From Auanema rhodensis (lineage: Eukaryota > Animalia > Nematoda), in the NCBI GenBank assembly GCA_964057225.1, contig OZ059898.1, forward strand, positions 15,128,001 through 15,192,000: 64,000 bases of DNA, written 5' to 3'. Position numbers and translations under genes: made by a program. Within the stretch, counting starts at the first letter, position 1; every line of letters starts with the position of its first letter. A model generated the notes under the pieces. The model did no database searches. It saw only the letters and a program-made list of their open reading frames with translations, and had not been told where the DNA came from. Below, one piece after another: positions 15,230 through 44,066 of the stretch.

Positions 15230-17079
15230 TTATAATTCGGTGTGATCCAAATCAACATCAGAGAGGTCAATTTCTTCTTCAACTGGAAGTTGACCGTCCT
15301 TTCCATCCCAAGGTTGAAGCTTCTCGATTTTGGGGAATGTAGCTCCCTTGATGGAAGCGGTAGATCCTTTTCCGTAAGAGAGATCACGGAGAAACTCGTG
15401 AATACCATCTTTTCCGAAGGATCCTTTAAGCATAGCGAACTTCATCTTTCTGGAGTTCAAAGCAGCCATAGCAGGGTATCCGAATCCGCCAACACCGAAA
15501 GCATCTTCAAGTTGAAGCTGAGATCCTCCCTCAACCCAAATCCATCTAAGAAAATAAGAATTAAAGTTTTGAAAAGCTTATATAACCCTCTTACCCCCAA
15601 GCGTTCTTCTTGAACTTCTCAGAAAGTTCCTTAAGAGTGGAGATGTACTTATTACGGCATTCAGATTGACAGTCGAGAATATGTGGAAGGAAAGCGAAAA
15701 TGCAAAGTTGCTTATCCTTGCAGGCATCTAAAGTATTTGAAAATGAAATTTTAAAAACATCTGCAAAAACAAACCTTCAACAACTTCTTGGTTGACACCT
15801 TCAAGAACCTCTGGAGCTGGAAGATTCTCAGCAGCCTTAGCGCTGGCCCAGTTAACGATGTCAGAAGTAGAACGTCCTCCGTCATATTCAGCGGCATCAC
15901 TGTAGTCAGATCCAGGAGCGAAGTACTTGATAGTTGGGAAACCACGGATTCCGAATTTGTTAGCAACAAGGGTGTGAACAGTAGCGTCGAGAGCTCCAAG
16001 TTTGACTTTGCCCTTCAATTCGCTAGCAGCAGCCTTCCAGTGAGGCTCAAGGTTTTTACAATGTCCGCACCATGGAGCAAAGAACTCAATAAGCCAGATA
16101 TCCTTGCTGTTGATAACGAGCTAAAATAATAAAAAATATATAAATTTTCAACAACTAATATATAACAAACCTCTTCGAAGTTAGAATCAGTAAGTTCAAC
16201 AACTTCATTTCCTGATCCAGATCCACCTCCTCTCTTTCCAGATCCAGAAGATCCGCTAGAGCTGCTTCCTCCTCCGAGTCTTGAAGATACGGCTTTCTTA
16301 GCCTCGGCAAGAACGGCATCAGTGAAGGCTTGAGCGGTACGAGCACCTAAACCAAATTGATCATTATCCAAATAAACTCTTTCCCAATTTGCACACAATC
16401 AAAGTAGACAAACAAAGAGGTCATAGAGGCAAAGCGGAACTGTCGGTGCCACGGCATACCGCTCTATTACTATTTACTTAGGATGGTCAGGGAGGAAACG
16501 AGGATGCAACAAATGTGGTTACAGTTAATAAACGAACCGTTAAAGTCTACTGGCTTTTTCTTATCAGCACCGAAAATCTTGATAGTAGGGAAACCGCGAA
16601 CATTGTATGGAGAACCAACATTTTGATGTTGGGTCATATCGACGGATCCAACCTATATTTTTCCATTAGAAATGTTCAGGGTCATTTTAAACTTACGTTA
16701 GCAATACCCTTAAGAGCAGTAGCAGCCTTCTTGTATTCAGGAACTAAGTTCTTGCAATGTCCGCACCTAGATTAATATTGTAATTAAAATATTTTAAATA
16801 TATTGGTTATATACCATGGAGCATAGAATTCAACAATCCAGATTTCATTGCTGTTTAAAACCTTATTTTTAAAGTTTTGTTCAGTCAATTCAACTACGTC
16901 ATCCTTAGAGGAATAAAGGGCAGAAGCACCCACAATCACTAAAAACGAATTTTCATTGAGTTATAATAAGAAATTTAAAAATAATTTATATGGATTTGAA
17001 AAGTGAAATTAGCACTATTTTTAAAATTATTTTATTACTTCTAAAATAACTTACGGAGGGTTGCTAATAGAAGCTTCAT
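15230..17079 (-). CDS. pdi-6: Protein disulfide-isomerase A6/P5
   Basis: Signal peptide MKLLLATL..., two APWCGHCK thioredoxin sites, Gly/Ser linker, acidic tail ending in the ER-retention signal HTEL. Confidence 0.95.
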
Positions 17080-17183
17080 GTCCTAAGCCAGGTACAGACA
17101 CAAGACCTAATGATATTCGTCCTTTGCAAGAAGTTATATGTGCTCCTTGAATAAATACAAGCAAAACCACGCCCACAATTGAC

Positions 17184-17224
17184 CGTGTTCTTTTCTGATT
17201 GGCTCCTGTGACCTAGGCTGACGT
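17184..17224 (-). promoter_or_regulatory. ERSE-like element (CCAAT-N9-ACACG) plus TGACGT core upstream of pdi-6
   Basis: Minus strand reads CCAAT cagaaaaga ACACG (17202-17184), one mismatch to ERSE CCAAT-N9-CCACG. TGACGT at 17219-17224. Confidence 0.5.
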
Positions 17225-17544
17225 CGTATGAAAAAAAGTGGTCCCGTGCGGATCGAACTGCTACAGTAGGACACAAAAATTAAACCTTCCGCCCTTTAAA
17301 CAAAATGCATAGGCCCAAAAATACATTGAAATTCATTTTATTTCAAATATTTCATTATTGTTCTTTAATTTTTTATCTGTATTCAATATTCTGTTAGAAG
17401 AAGCTACTTTTCTAGTAACTTCGGGTATTTTCTTGTTTTATCTGTCCCTTGTAAAGCTGGTTTTGCGTTGTTTTCTTGAAGTATTATCTCGGTTTTTTTT
17501 GCTTTGTATTGGCATTTGACTTATCTTGATTCGCTTAGGTAATC

Positions 17545-18390
<846 letters not shown>

Positions 18391-21300
18391 TAAATTAAGC
18401 AAGAGAAGAAGAGAGGAACTTATGAAAAGTATGAAGTGACAATTCGAGAAAAAAAATAAAAACATCACTCAGGGTGATGTGACGGAACTTCCTAGTTCGA
18501 GGTGCTCTTACTTCGCACGTTGAATTGTTTATGAGGTGTGGCTACTCTCACCTCTAACTCGTTGTAATCTATGAGTATTTTCAACCTAAAGGAGATGCGC
18601 TATTATTGGACAGCCGGTGGTGTTGTAATAATTATTCAGATCTAACTAAATCTGCCTATCGGAAGGTTCTAGGTAGATTTTCAATTCTCCTTGATTTTAC
18701 GATTTTTTAACTACTTTGTTGATCTCAAGTTGTATTGGTTTCTCCAGAGAATCTGTTTGAATTTTCAATTTGTATTCAACAAGCAGTGTGACATAATTTG
18801 TTCGTTTATACTCTTTTATCTTATAATGCTTCAAGTTTCTTCTCTTACTTTTCAATAGTTACTCTATTTCGATAATCTAGTTACCTATGTAAATATATCT
18901 GTAGATATCTGAAGATAGATAGATTGAGTTGAACTGTTTATTCGTTAAAAAAAATCTGATTCTAACCTGACATGTAATTTGATAATCTGCCAGATATTGA
19001 AGATGACTAAGTGCACCTGTTTCTTAAGATAGTTTTAGAAGAAAATGTGAACGAATATAAGTCCTAAGAGTTGTCTATTTCCTTATATCGCATTTTGTAC
19101 CTTATTTGTTCACATATTTTTCTATACAGTGATCTTATTCTAATATACCAATTGGATCTTCAACTAAATAGTTTGGCTTTGAGAAGCAGCTGTCGATTTC
19201 TCGACTCACTTGTTGCAAGAACGTGACATAGAATGAGGTTCTATAGAAGAAGGCTCTAAGAGGACGGAGAGAGATAAAGAGAGAAAGAAGAAAGAGTGAT
19301 CGGTGGGTAGGTAAAGCGAAAGAAAAGAGGAAAGGAATGTCTTCCCCTGAGCTAAGTGAATCCGTTTGATAATCGTTACGACAAAACACACCTGACCATT
19401 TACTCTTTATTAATTCTTTCGATCTTCAATGCGATATATGTAGCTGTTTTTATACCTTAAAAGGAATATTATTTTCAAATATTAAGAATAAATATTAAAA
19501 TGTATGTATGAAACCGATAGCCCTTCATATGTAGCATTCTATGTGTCTTCCAATTGAAACAAAACTTGTTTCTTAGACTCCTTACTCATCACATTTCTCA
19601 ACATATTCTCCTCATGTTTTTCTATTCGTTCTTATCATTTTAACCATTTTTTTGCTTAGAAAACTGAAAAACCAATGTTTTATATAATAAAAGTAGTACT
19701 AAAATTAAAAAAAAACAAGGTCTACTCATCATTCCATACTGAAAGAGTCAAGTAATTGACTAGAAACCAATTGGTAGCTGTCAGAAGATTAATACATTTT
19801 GCGTTGGAGCTTTTTCTGAGACAGTTGGCTCGGGTACATTCGGACGATTCCGACGTAAAAACCAACTGCTATCATATCACAGAACCTTAATACACATGAT
19901 ATAAGCTTTTTTTTCATTTCTTGTTCCTTTTTTGTCTTATTTGTGTTATTTCATAGATAAACATGTTGTTTATTGCAAAAACAAAAGTTATTTCTTAGCA
20001 ATGATTTTCCAAATGTTTAGTTTAAGAAACATTAAAATCTGTGTATTTTTCTTTCCTTTCTACTTTTATTGTTATCAATTTGAACCATCTCTGCAAGTTA
20101 TTTGAGAATAGAGTTGCAACGCTAAGAAGTACTGATTTACTTTCTTTTTTTTAGTTTACACGTTTCCTCTGTTGAACTTTTTGAATTTGAACAATCTTTT
20201 AGTTCAGAAATTCACATTAATAGTATATAATCAACTGATTAGCATACGTATCTATTAAATATAATTCACGTGAAAAATTAGAATAATTTAAAAATGTTCA
20301 CGTACGTTTGTGAGTAGAAGCATTTCATCAAGATAATCTTGGAAATAAGTTAATCCGGTTGCATTTGAAATATATTCTACTAAATCCATCTTCATCTGTC
20401 ATCAGAGTATTATTTTAGACTAACATGATTTATGATTAATAATCATTTTCAGTGCTAAGAACTTTATTGAAAAGCTCAACTTATTTTTCTTAAAAATATA
20501 TATTTACTGTTGCAAATATTTAAAATAACATCACATAATAGCTATTGCTTTATTAGTTTTATCTTTCTTATTTAGAAAAAATACAATCCTAATATCACTT
20601 TGATAACTGAAACAACATCGGCTTGCCATAGTAACTGCTTTCAGTTACTGCCATTCTAATCTGAGTTCATTCTCTCTGACATAGCAGAATGAGAAGTATT
20701 TTAGTTTGGAAAATCACATTATTACATCATATTATCTATGCAACTTGATATAAAAATACTTTTAGTATATTTTAAAGACATATGAGCAGGTGTCTAAACA
20801 AAATATTACATGAAAATATGTGTTCCAAGAATAAGAATAGTTGGGTGAGGTCGAAGCAGTGTCCAAAACCTTCTTTCGACAAATGTCCAATCACTTCTCA
20901 TTGTTACACATTTTGGTTCATATTGTTCTGTCCACATGAAATAGTTTCATTACATCGTCTATTAATATATTTATAATTCTTTATAAATCTTTCTATATAT
21001 ATATACAATATTAAATATTTTGTATTTCTAAATATATATATACTATCTATCTATCTATCTATCTATCTATAAAATTATTTGGTTATAGCTTACATCATCT
21101 GACAACAGCCGATAATATCATAAATCTTTCGGTCATCCATCCGATTTGTGTGTTTGTGTCTGTGTGTGAACCGGATAAAAGCAAAAAAATATCAAAGAAC
21201 CTTGTTGTACAATCAGTGCTTTTAAATTTGAAAAAAAATGAGAAATTTATCTATTTTGCTCACTGATCGCAATTCAAATCAATAGATTGACATACATAAA

Positions 21301-21919
21301 ATTGGTTTAGTTATATGTATATATGTATGTATTTAATGAGAAAAATAGAAAAAAATGAAAGATTTCAAAAGGTGGTCTTAGCTATTCCAAAAATATTTAA
21401 ATGAAACTTTGTATAAACAAGTTCTGGAAGGAAAACCTTATCTACAAGCAATAATCCCAACACAAACTCTTAATTTTGTTTTTTTTTCTTTTCGAGAACC
21501 TTATTTTCAATTAAATATTTCTCTCTTTCTCTTTCTTGCTCTTTTGCCTCTCTAACCTAAAATCTGAAATGTGCTTTTGACACTTCTTAACGTCAAACTA
21601 ATCAGTGATATGCCAGTTGTCAGCTTCATCGTATAAAAGAAATAATCAATTTATGAAAAAAAATCATAAAAATATGTTTTTTAACATTAAAAAGAAATTT
21701 TAGAAGCAATTAAGCTTACTAAAATCTGGAATGTTTCACTTTTCTAGCACGTTATAAATCTTCTGAGCTTAGACCTTGTGCCTTTTCTTTTTTTTTGGCT
21801 CATTTTTTTGAAGCATATCTGTTATCTGTGGTGATTTTTCAATTTAATTTTTCAGAAAAATTTTTCAATTTGGCCCCGAAGCCTCAAAGAGGCAAGGCTC
21901 ATAGACAGTTTTAGAAGAT

Positions 21920-27924
<6,005 letters not shown>

Positions 27925-27938
27925 AGGGAAAATGTTTT

Positions 27939-27939
27939 T

Positions 27940-27988
<49 letters not shown>
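27939..27988. repeat. (TG)n(AG)n microsatellite just after the tmc-2 stop
   Basis: Read directly. Confidence 0.9.
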
Positions 27989-27990
<2 letters not shown>

Positions 27991-28654
27991 GACTGTCATT
28001 CTATTCCTTCAAGAGAAATATATATTTTCATTTAATTTTTCTTTCATTCAAATTATTTTTATTTTTTCAAAACAAAGGAAACATTTCACTTGCAATTGTC
28101 ATTTATCATAAATTTTATATCATATAGAGTTATATATGTATATAGTATAAATCGAAGAATGAAATATATTTTAAAGTTTTCAAAGCTCATATATGCTGAA
28201 ACTAAGCTGATAACTTGAATTTCATTTTAGTTTTAACATATTGAAAGTTTTTCGATTTTATACAATATATGTATATTATTGTATATTATTATTATTAATA
28301 TTATTATTATAATTATTATAAATATATGAATTTTTTCTTTTTAAAATTTAATTTATTAAAATATAAAAATATATTTATATATATAAACCTATACAGCCAT
28401 GAATATTCAGTTTTAATTTGATAATTTCTTCTCTAATTGCGACTACTGTTTGTTCTGAAAAATTTTCCAACTCAGATATAGGAAGAATAATAAAAGTTTG
28501 ATATGAAAATGATACGTAATTGAATCAGACTGTGCTATAATCTTAGTGTTATAATCTAACCTGTCAATGGAGCGTCAATGTATCGTATGCGATGCACCCT
28601 GCTCTAAGGGGGAAGTGAGATTCATTGACTAGTGATACAAGAGAGAAAGTGACA

Positions 28655-28775
28655 TAGGAAGAGAGGAAAAGAGAATAGAAAGAGAGAGAGAGGGAGAAAG
28701 AGAGAGAGAGAGAAAGAGGTAGAGAGAGAGAGAGAGAGAGAGAGTCAATAATAGCGAGAAAGAGAGTGAGAGATT
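28655..28775. repeat. Imperfect (AG)n purine tract
   Basis: Read directly. Confidence 0.8.
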
Positions 28776-29684
28776 GAAAAATGTCTCAACTCTTTCTTCT
28801 TTTAAATTTGAAAAAAGAAAGTTTTTTTCTTCTTAATTTACTTTGCGAATACAATACATTCTTTTTCCCAGCTTTTAATAAAATAAAAGATGAAAGAATA
28901 TAAATTAAAAACTTTAAAAACTTATAAAAATAAAATATATAATTATATGAGTTTAAGAAGTGCAAAGATAATTAGTTTTGTGAGCTTTTATCGTCTGTTA
29001 TCTGGTCTTTTAGTGCAAACGTCAGCATCTATAAGTAGAAACTTTAGACTGATCAATGTTGATCTTGTCGTCGTCACTAAGCTTCGTGTCCGTGTCAGAA
29101 GCTGCATCATTGATTCAGATTAGAAGATTTAGCAGGGCATTCCCGTACTCTTTGGAAAATCAAAAAAAAAATGGTCAAGAAACTAGATATCAGTAGTTTG
29201 TGTGACATCACACAGACAGCTAATTGAACTTTGATTCCAATAAGCTAGACGCTAATTACATTCAAATTTTTTAAAAACTATTGTCAAAATTTTCTTTTTT
29301 TTATCTGACCACGTGGCACACGTGTTCTAATGCTCATTGCCAAGCGATTATAAGAAATATGATGTTGGGAAGTATCAGAAGATAGCTTCAGTTTCTAATG
29401 AACATCTGATTTCTGAATTATCGTTAGCCATTAATCTACAAGCTGGTAGAATGTTGGTCCCAATCTTACTGAATACTTCCATCGTGTATATCCAACTTTA
29501 CAGCCTTTGCAACATCATTTGAATTTAAAAATATTTTTAATTGCTTATCTATCCATGTAATTATACTTTTTTATAATTTAAATGTATGTACATATATAGT
29601 TATATTAATTTTTCTCTTATTTTCTCATAAAATAAACTTTGAAATCTTCTTTTTCTCTTATAATATGTGCTCATGTATTCACAT

Positions 29685-29693
29685 ACTGATAAG
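29685..29693 (+). promoter_or_regulatory. ACTGATAAG GATA (ELT-2-type) site upstream of endu-2
   Basis: Exact extended intestinal GATA consensus ~220 bp before the ATG. A single short motif, so it could be chance. Confidence 0.4.
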
Positions 29694-29908
29694 CAGCTCC
29701 AATAATTACTTTGTCGGAAAACACTACGAAATTGTCGTTTTAAACTCCGCCCCACAACGTTTTCAGTTTTCCATGTGATATCAGTTCAGTATTACGGAAG
29801 TCAGGAGCTCCTTCAACACCTCCTTCATCCTCTTTGCTCGTTATAACTGATTTTCTTCCTTTACTGTTGAGATCTTGCTTCATTCACATATTAACGACGT
29901 ATTTCAGG

Positions 29909-39371
<9,463 letters not shown>

Positions 39372-40285
39372 GCTTTCAAGCTTTCGTGTAAATAATAAAA
39401 ATTGTATTTTCTTCAATAGATTACTAATATTTCATTCACGAAATAAAGTGATTTTTAATTGATTTTTATATTTTGGAGAATAAAAAAACGAACAAAAAGC
39501 AAAAAAAAATTGGAAAACAATGACAGAGAGGGAGAGTTAAATTGATGGATTTATTATACGAATAATTAAAACATGAAAACGGCGAAAAGAATAATTAAGA
39601 AGATCTTCTAAGAAAACAAAATAAAATCTAAGAAAGAAATAGAAAATACCTGTTAATTTGATGTCAAACCTTGTTTTCTTAAAAAAAAAGAAAAGAAAAA
39701 AGAAATAGTTATGATCACTATATGTATAATGTACTAAAACCCATTTTTCGGAATGAAATACACATGTAAAACGACAAATGAATTTCCGAAATACGATGGA
39801 GATGAAGGAAGTGAGAACACACATTGCTGATCCTCCAAATGAATGAAGGAAAAGCTGAATAGAATACCAGTAATGAAATATCATCGGTAATAAAGTTAAA
39901 ATGAGATGAAAGGTAGAAGATGTACGTATTGATGATGATGATTAAACAACAACAGTGTGATGAAACAGTTCGAGTGATGGGTGAGGACGAGATTACAAGA
40001 AATCGAATACATATGAGAGTAACGCAGCTATCTCAATGCTAAAATATGCTTATAATAGTATGTACAAATGCTTGAATCATGTTTTCATAGTAAGTTTGAC
40101 AAAGAAACGTTGCTGATTTTGTGCGCGAAACTAAAGAAAAACCCGCATAGATAATAGAAAGATGCAATAGAGCTATACTACTGTATATAACTATATTGTA
40201 ATATATAAATACAAACAATATCAAATTATGCTAATTCTTCTTTTGGATAGTATTAGGGGCAGGTGCAGTAGATTCTGAATGCAAC

Positions 40286-41573
40286 CTATGGGCCACGAGC
40301 TACAAGTGCTGTAGGCTGTGCAGCTTCAGCAGCTCCACCGTTCAATGGAACCATTTCTACAGATGGACCCTGCAAATAGAGAAATGGAATTAGATCATGA
40401 GTACTGTACATCGTACAAATCTACCTTGACTGTGCTACAGATTGTTTTAGCCGCAATTACAGTTGTTCCTATAGCTAGACCGAATTCAACGATAGCTGCA
40501 GCTATGAGTCCAGCATCAAGTTTGTAATCAGTTCCCAACCGTGTCATAGTCCTAAACACATGATCAGCATTATACAGAATATAGATTGAAACTGTCAAAA
40601 CATACATTCTCATGTTATCATCCACGTGATCACCACACATGATTTGACAACGACTATTAGAAGGCAGAGATGTTGCCAGCAAGTGCCAATCACATTCTCC
40701 CCAACATTCGTGCTGAAAACAAAATTAGATTCATCTTCATAACTGAAATAGATACACATGTTTCGTCATAACACACATTTGCATATTTGACGTTATGTGA
40801 GGTAAATATGCTAATTTCGACATCATATTGAACTGTTAAACGAGATCATTTTTCAATAAAAAGACGCTGTGTGCGGTTGTGTTTATGATACTAATTATTC
40901 GAAAGTTTATTATAGAAACTGATTGGCTTCTCTCAAATAGCCATTATATTAGCAAAAATCAAAATTATTACCTGATAGAAATGAATATCAAAGCTGGAAA
41001 CAATGATGATAGCTGGTACAAATATGATGATTGCATGTATAGCCATTACGAGAAAGGTAATGACTAATCCACGTCTATATGATGCTGCACCACATAATCC
41101 AATCAAGCTGCAAAGAAAACGATGTTATCAAAGCATTTTGCAGCTAGTCTATTGAGGTTTTTCATAAAATCATCATATTCATTAGATAACTAGGCGAAAA
41201 TAAGAACTAGTTATAGCTTTTTAGCCTTTATAGTATTTGATATTGTTTCTTTTTCTTTGTTGTTCACATGTGTATATAATGATATATATGATAATTACCC
41301 TGTTACAACAAAGTAGAATGAACAGCACTCTTGTAGACCATATAGCCTAATTGTATTCATACGTCCACTGGTATAATCAGCTAAAGCAGATAATATCAAC
41401 ATAATTAATCCAAGGACTACATGGCATTGAGCGAGAGCCTGAAATACATACTTATATATATTTATATTTATATACACGTCGTCTATAAATTCTTAGTTTG
41501 GTTAGAATATTCTTTGAAAAAAACTAGATTTTTTGTCTTTTTTTGATAGTTCAGTCATCAGTCACACACACAT

Positions 41574-41611
<38 letters not shown>

Positions 41612-42917
41612 ATCCACGCACATCTATACCCAGTACTTAGTATCATCTGATATGATATGTCTCGCACTTTGTTGGCTTTTCTCTATCTTTCTATTCATTT
41701 CTCTCATACTTCATCATCATTCTCTTATCGTCATCATCATATTGTCCTTCTTTTCATCTATCCTATTCGAATTATTCTTTCTTTTCTTTTTTTAGCTGAT
41801 GGATATCTTTATACTTCTTTTCAGCTATCAGTAAGCTTAGTTCAAAAACAAGATTTCAAGCAACTTCAACAGCTTCATCACACCTTCTTTATTCTTTTTC
41901 TCATATGTTCGCAATCAGCAGCCTACGAATGCGCCTCGTTCGCTTCCCCTACTTCAAAAATCATTGATGGAATCAAATCAAATTCCCAAAATCTAATGAA
42001 AATCTTCGATAAATGACCTCTCTTTTTCAATTCCCGTTACAATTCGTTTTGAAAGATTGGTGTAGAAAAAAGTACTCACACAGTAAAACTAACATGAAAA
42101 CATTCATTCAAAACATCATTTTTTGATTTTTAATGTCTTAAACATAAGCAAGAAAGTTACCTTTAAGATGGTTAGCATCTTGATTGTACTAGACTCAGAT
42201 AGTCGAGCTCCCTTTAGATAATTGAGTTGCATTCTGAAATATGAATGATTGACACTATATTAAATAATATTTACGTATTTAAGAGGAAAAAATGTATGTT
42301 GAACTTATAACTTTTATTTCTCTTTCTCGCTCTTTCTTTCTTTCTTTCTCTCTTTCTCTCTCTCTCTCTCTCTTTCTTTTCTTATTTCTATATTTAGTCT
42401 TTTATTCCTTAAGTTTTTGAATAATTGGAATGAATAACCTTTAGCTTATGTGAATCTACTTGAAATTCAATCTGGTTTCATTTAATTCAATGTGTTTCTT
42501 TTAAAAAATTCAATCGATACTCCTCATTTTCTTTTAATGAATGCTGCCGATGCACATTGAAACGTACGTCCATCATCGACCATCATTAGCTGATAGATGT
42601 CAAACTTTCAGTTTACTAATGTGAACGATGTAAAATCTTTGAGATGGGAAGTTGCAACTGATTCTTCTTATGAGGGTATAGATTAGCAAGTGAAGTTATC
42701 GTTGCGGCTATGGCTTATTATGATTTGAAAAACCAATTTAAGGAATATCGAGGTCATACGTCGGACAATCGAAAGGCAGATCTTGATCTGCGCATCATAA
42801 ACACATGGAAAAGATAAATTCGGGATGAAATGAACTCTACAAGTCGACGATGCGATGTGACAAGCTATATATAGCGAAAGGGTAACGATGAACTTACATT
42901 TGTTTTGGAGTTGGCAT
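40286..42917 (-). CDS. Four-transmembrane protein with a Cys-rich extracellular loop (CD20/MS4A-like topology), family uncertain
   Basis: Spliced: MPTPKQI|MQLNYLKG...NHLK|ALAQCHVVLGLIMLILSALADY...CSFYFVVT|GLIGLCGAASYRRGLVITFLVMAIHAIIIFVPAIIIVSSFDIHFYQ|HECWGECDW...CQIMC...|...DAGLIAAAIVEFGLAIGTTVIAAKTIC...GP*. Four hydrophobic segments. A second possible start is ATG 42232. Confidence 0.75.
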
Positions 42918-43092
42918 TATTTTCCTTCAAAAATTGACGGGGCAATCGAATACGGAAAGTAAAAAAACAAATGTTTCTGGACGGACTGGATGAATGAATG
43001 AAGAAAACTAGACAGAACAACGAAGTAGGTGAGAGATGCTGTCGACGACGTTTTGAGAGTAGCTGACCGGCAATGAGACAGTCAGTCGACCA

Positions 43093-44066
43093 TCACATAG
43101 CGCCTCCTTGAACATTCAAGGTTTCTTTAGGGGGCGGACGGTTGTCGTCGTCGTGGTTGTCGTCGTCGCTGTCGTTGATCGTCGCACACGACGGCGGCCA
43201 GAAACAGTTGCCGCCACACGGGTCGTAAGAAGGCAAGGACCTGACATCAACATAATTATTTCGTTGTAGAGTTGAAGCTAAGAAATTGCATGAAAGGAGG
43301 AAACGATGTGTTCGTTATGTGGAAATAGTCGGTTGATTAAGATGTCAATCGGAACAAACATCTGTGGAGTGACTAAAATCTATGCAAAGTGGATTCAGAA
43401 AACTGTTCCGCTAAGTCATACTGCCTCGCCTCATTCAAAAGCCAGGGATTAGAGAAAGGAACGCTGTTGCATCTTAAAGATATTCCTTCAACATTCAACG
43501 CATATTCTATGAATTTCCCAATGTACTCATTACGTAGAAGTGGAAGGGGCGGGGGAGAGTATGAGTGGTGTGGGATGAGAAAGAAAAGAAAATTCTTTTT
43601 TTTGTAAGATATTATCAGTATCAGCAGTGTCAAAAATAGCCATGTGATCGTTGTTTCCAGAACATTGACAAGAACATCAAATCAATTAAATATGAAGAAA
43701 TAATACTTCATAATACAAAACACCTGGACAATCATGTTTTCATTTCCAAAGAAAGGAAATGTTTTACTTAAAGTTTTCAAATATATGTACATACTACAAG
43801 CACACACATATATACACACACACACACATACACATACACACCGATGAAGCCACAAACCGCTGACGAAAGTGAGAGAGGGTAAAGAAACAGAGAGAATGGG
43901 TAAAAGGAGAGAATGAGAGAAAACATAAAAAACTGCTAAGTTAGCAAACTCTAAGTAGCTTTTGTCATGAAGTATCAATTCTTGACAGAAATTGGATCAT
44001 CAATAGCATTCATAACTCAGATTATGACAAAGGTATGTATGGCGAACGAACTCACAGTTTACCCAT
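43093..44066 (-). CDS. Putative spliced small ORF/uORF, 52 aa (MGKLSLPSYDPCGGNCFWPPSCATINDSDDDNHDDDNRPPPKETLNVQGGAM)
   Basis: ATG GGT AAA CT|GTGAGT donor at 44055, acceptor ATGTCAG| at 43241, GC-rich coding-like exon to TGA at 43095-43093. Confidence 0.55.

Noticed and set aside
28560-28632. Small GTCAATG/CATTGAC-closed multibranch fold
   Set aside because: Stems are short and such folds arise easily by chance. No promoter or terminator support.
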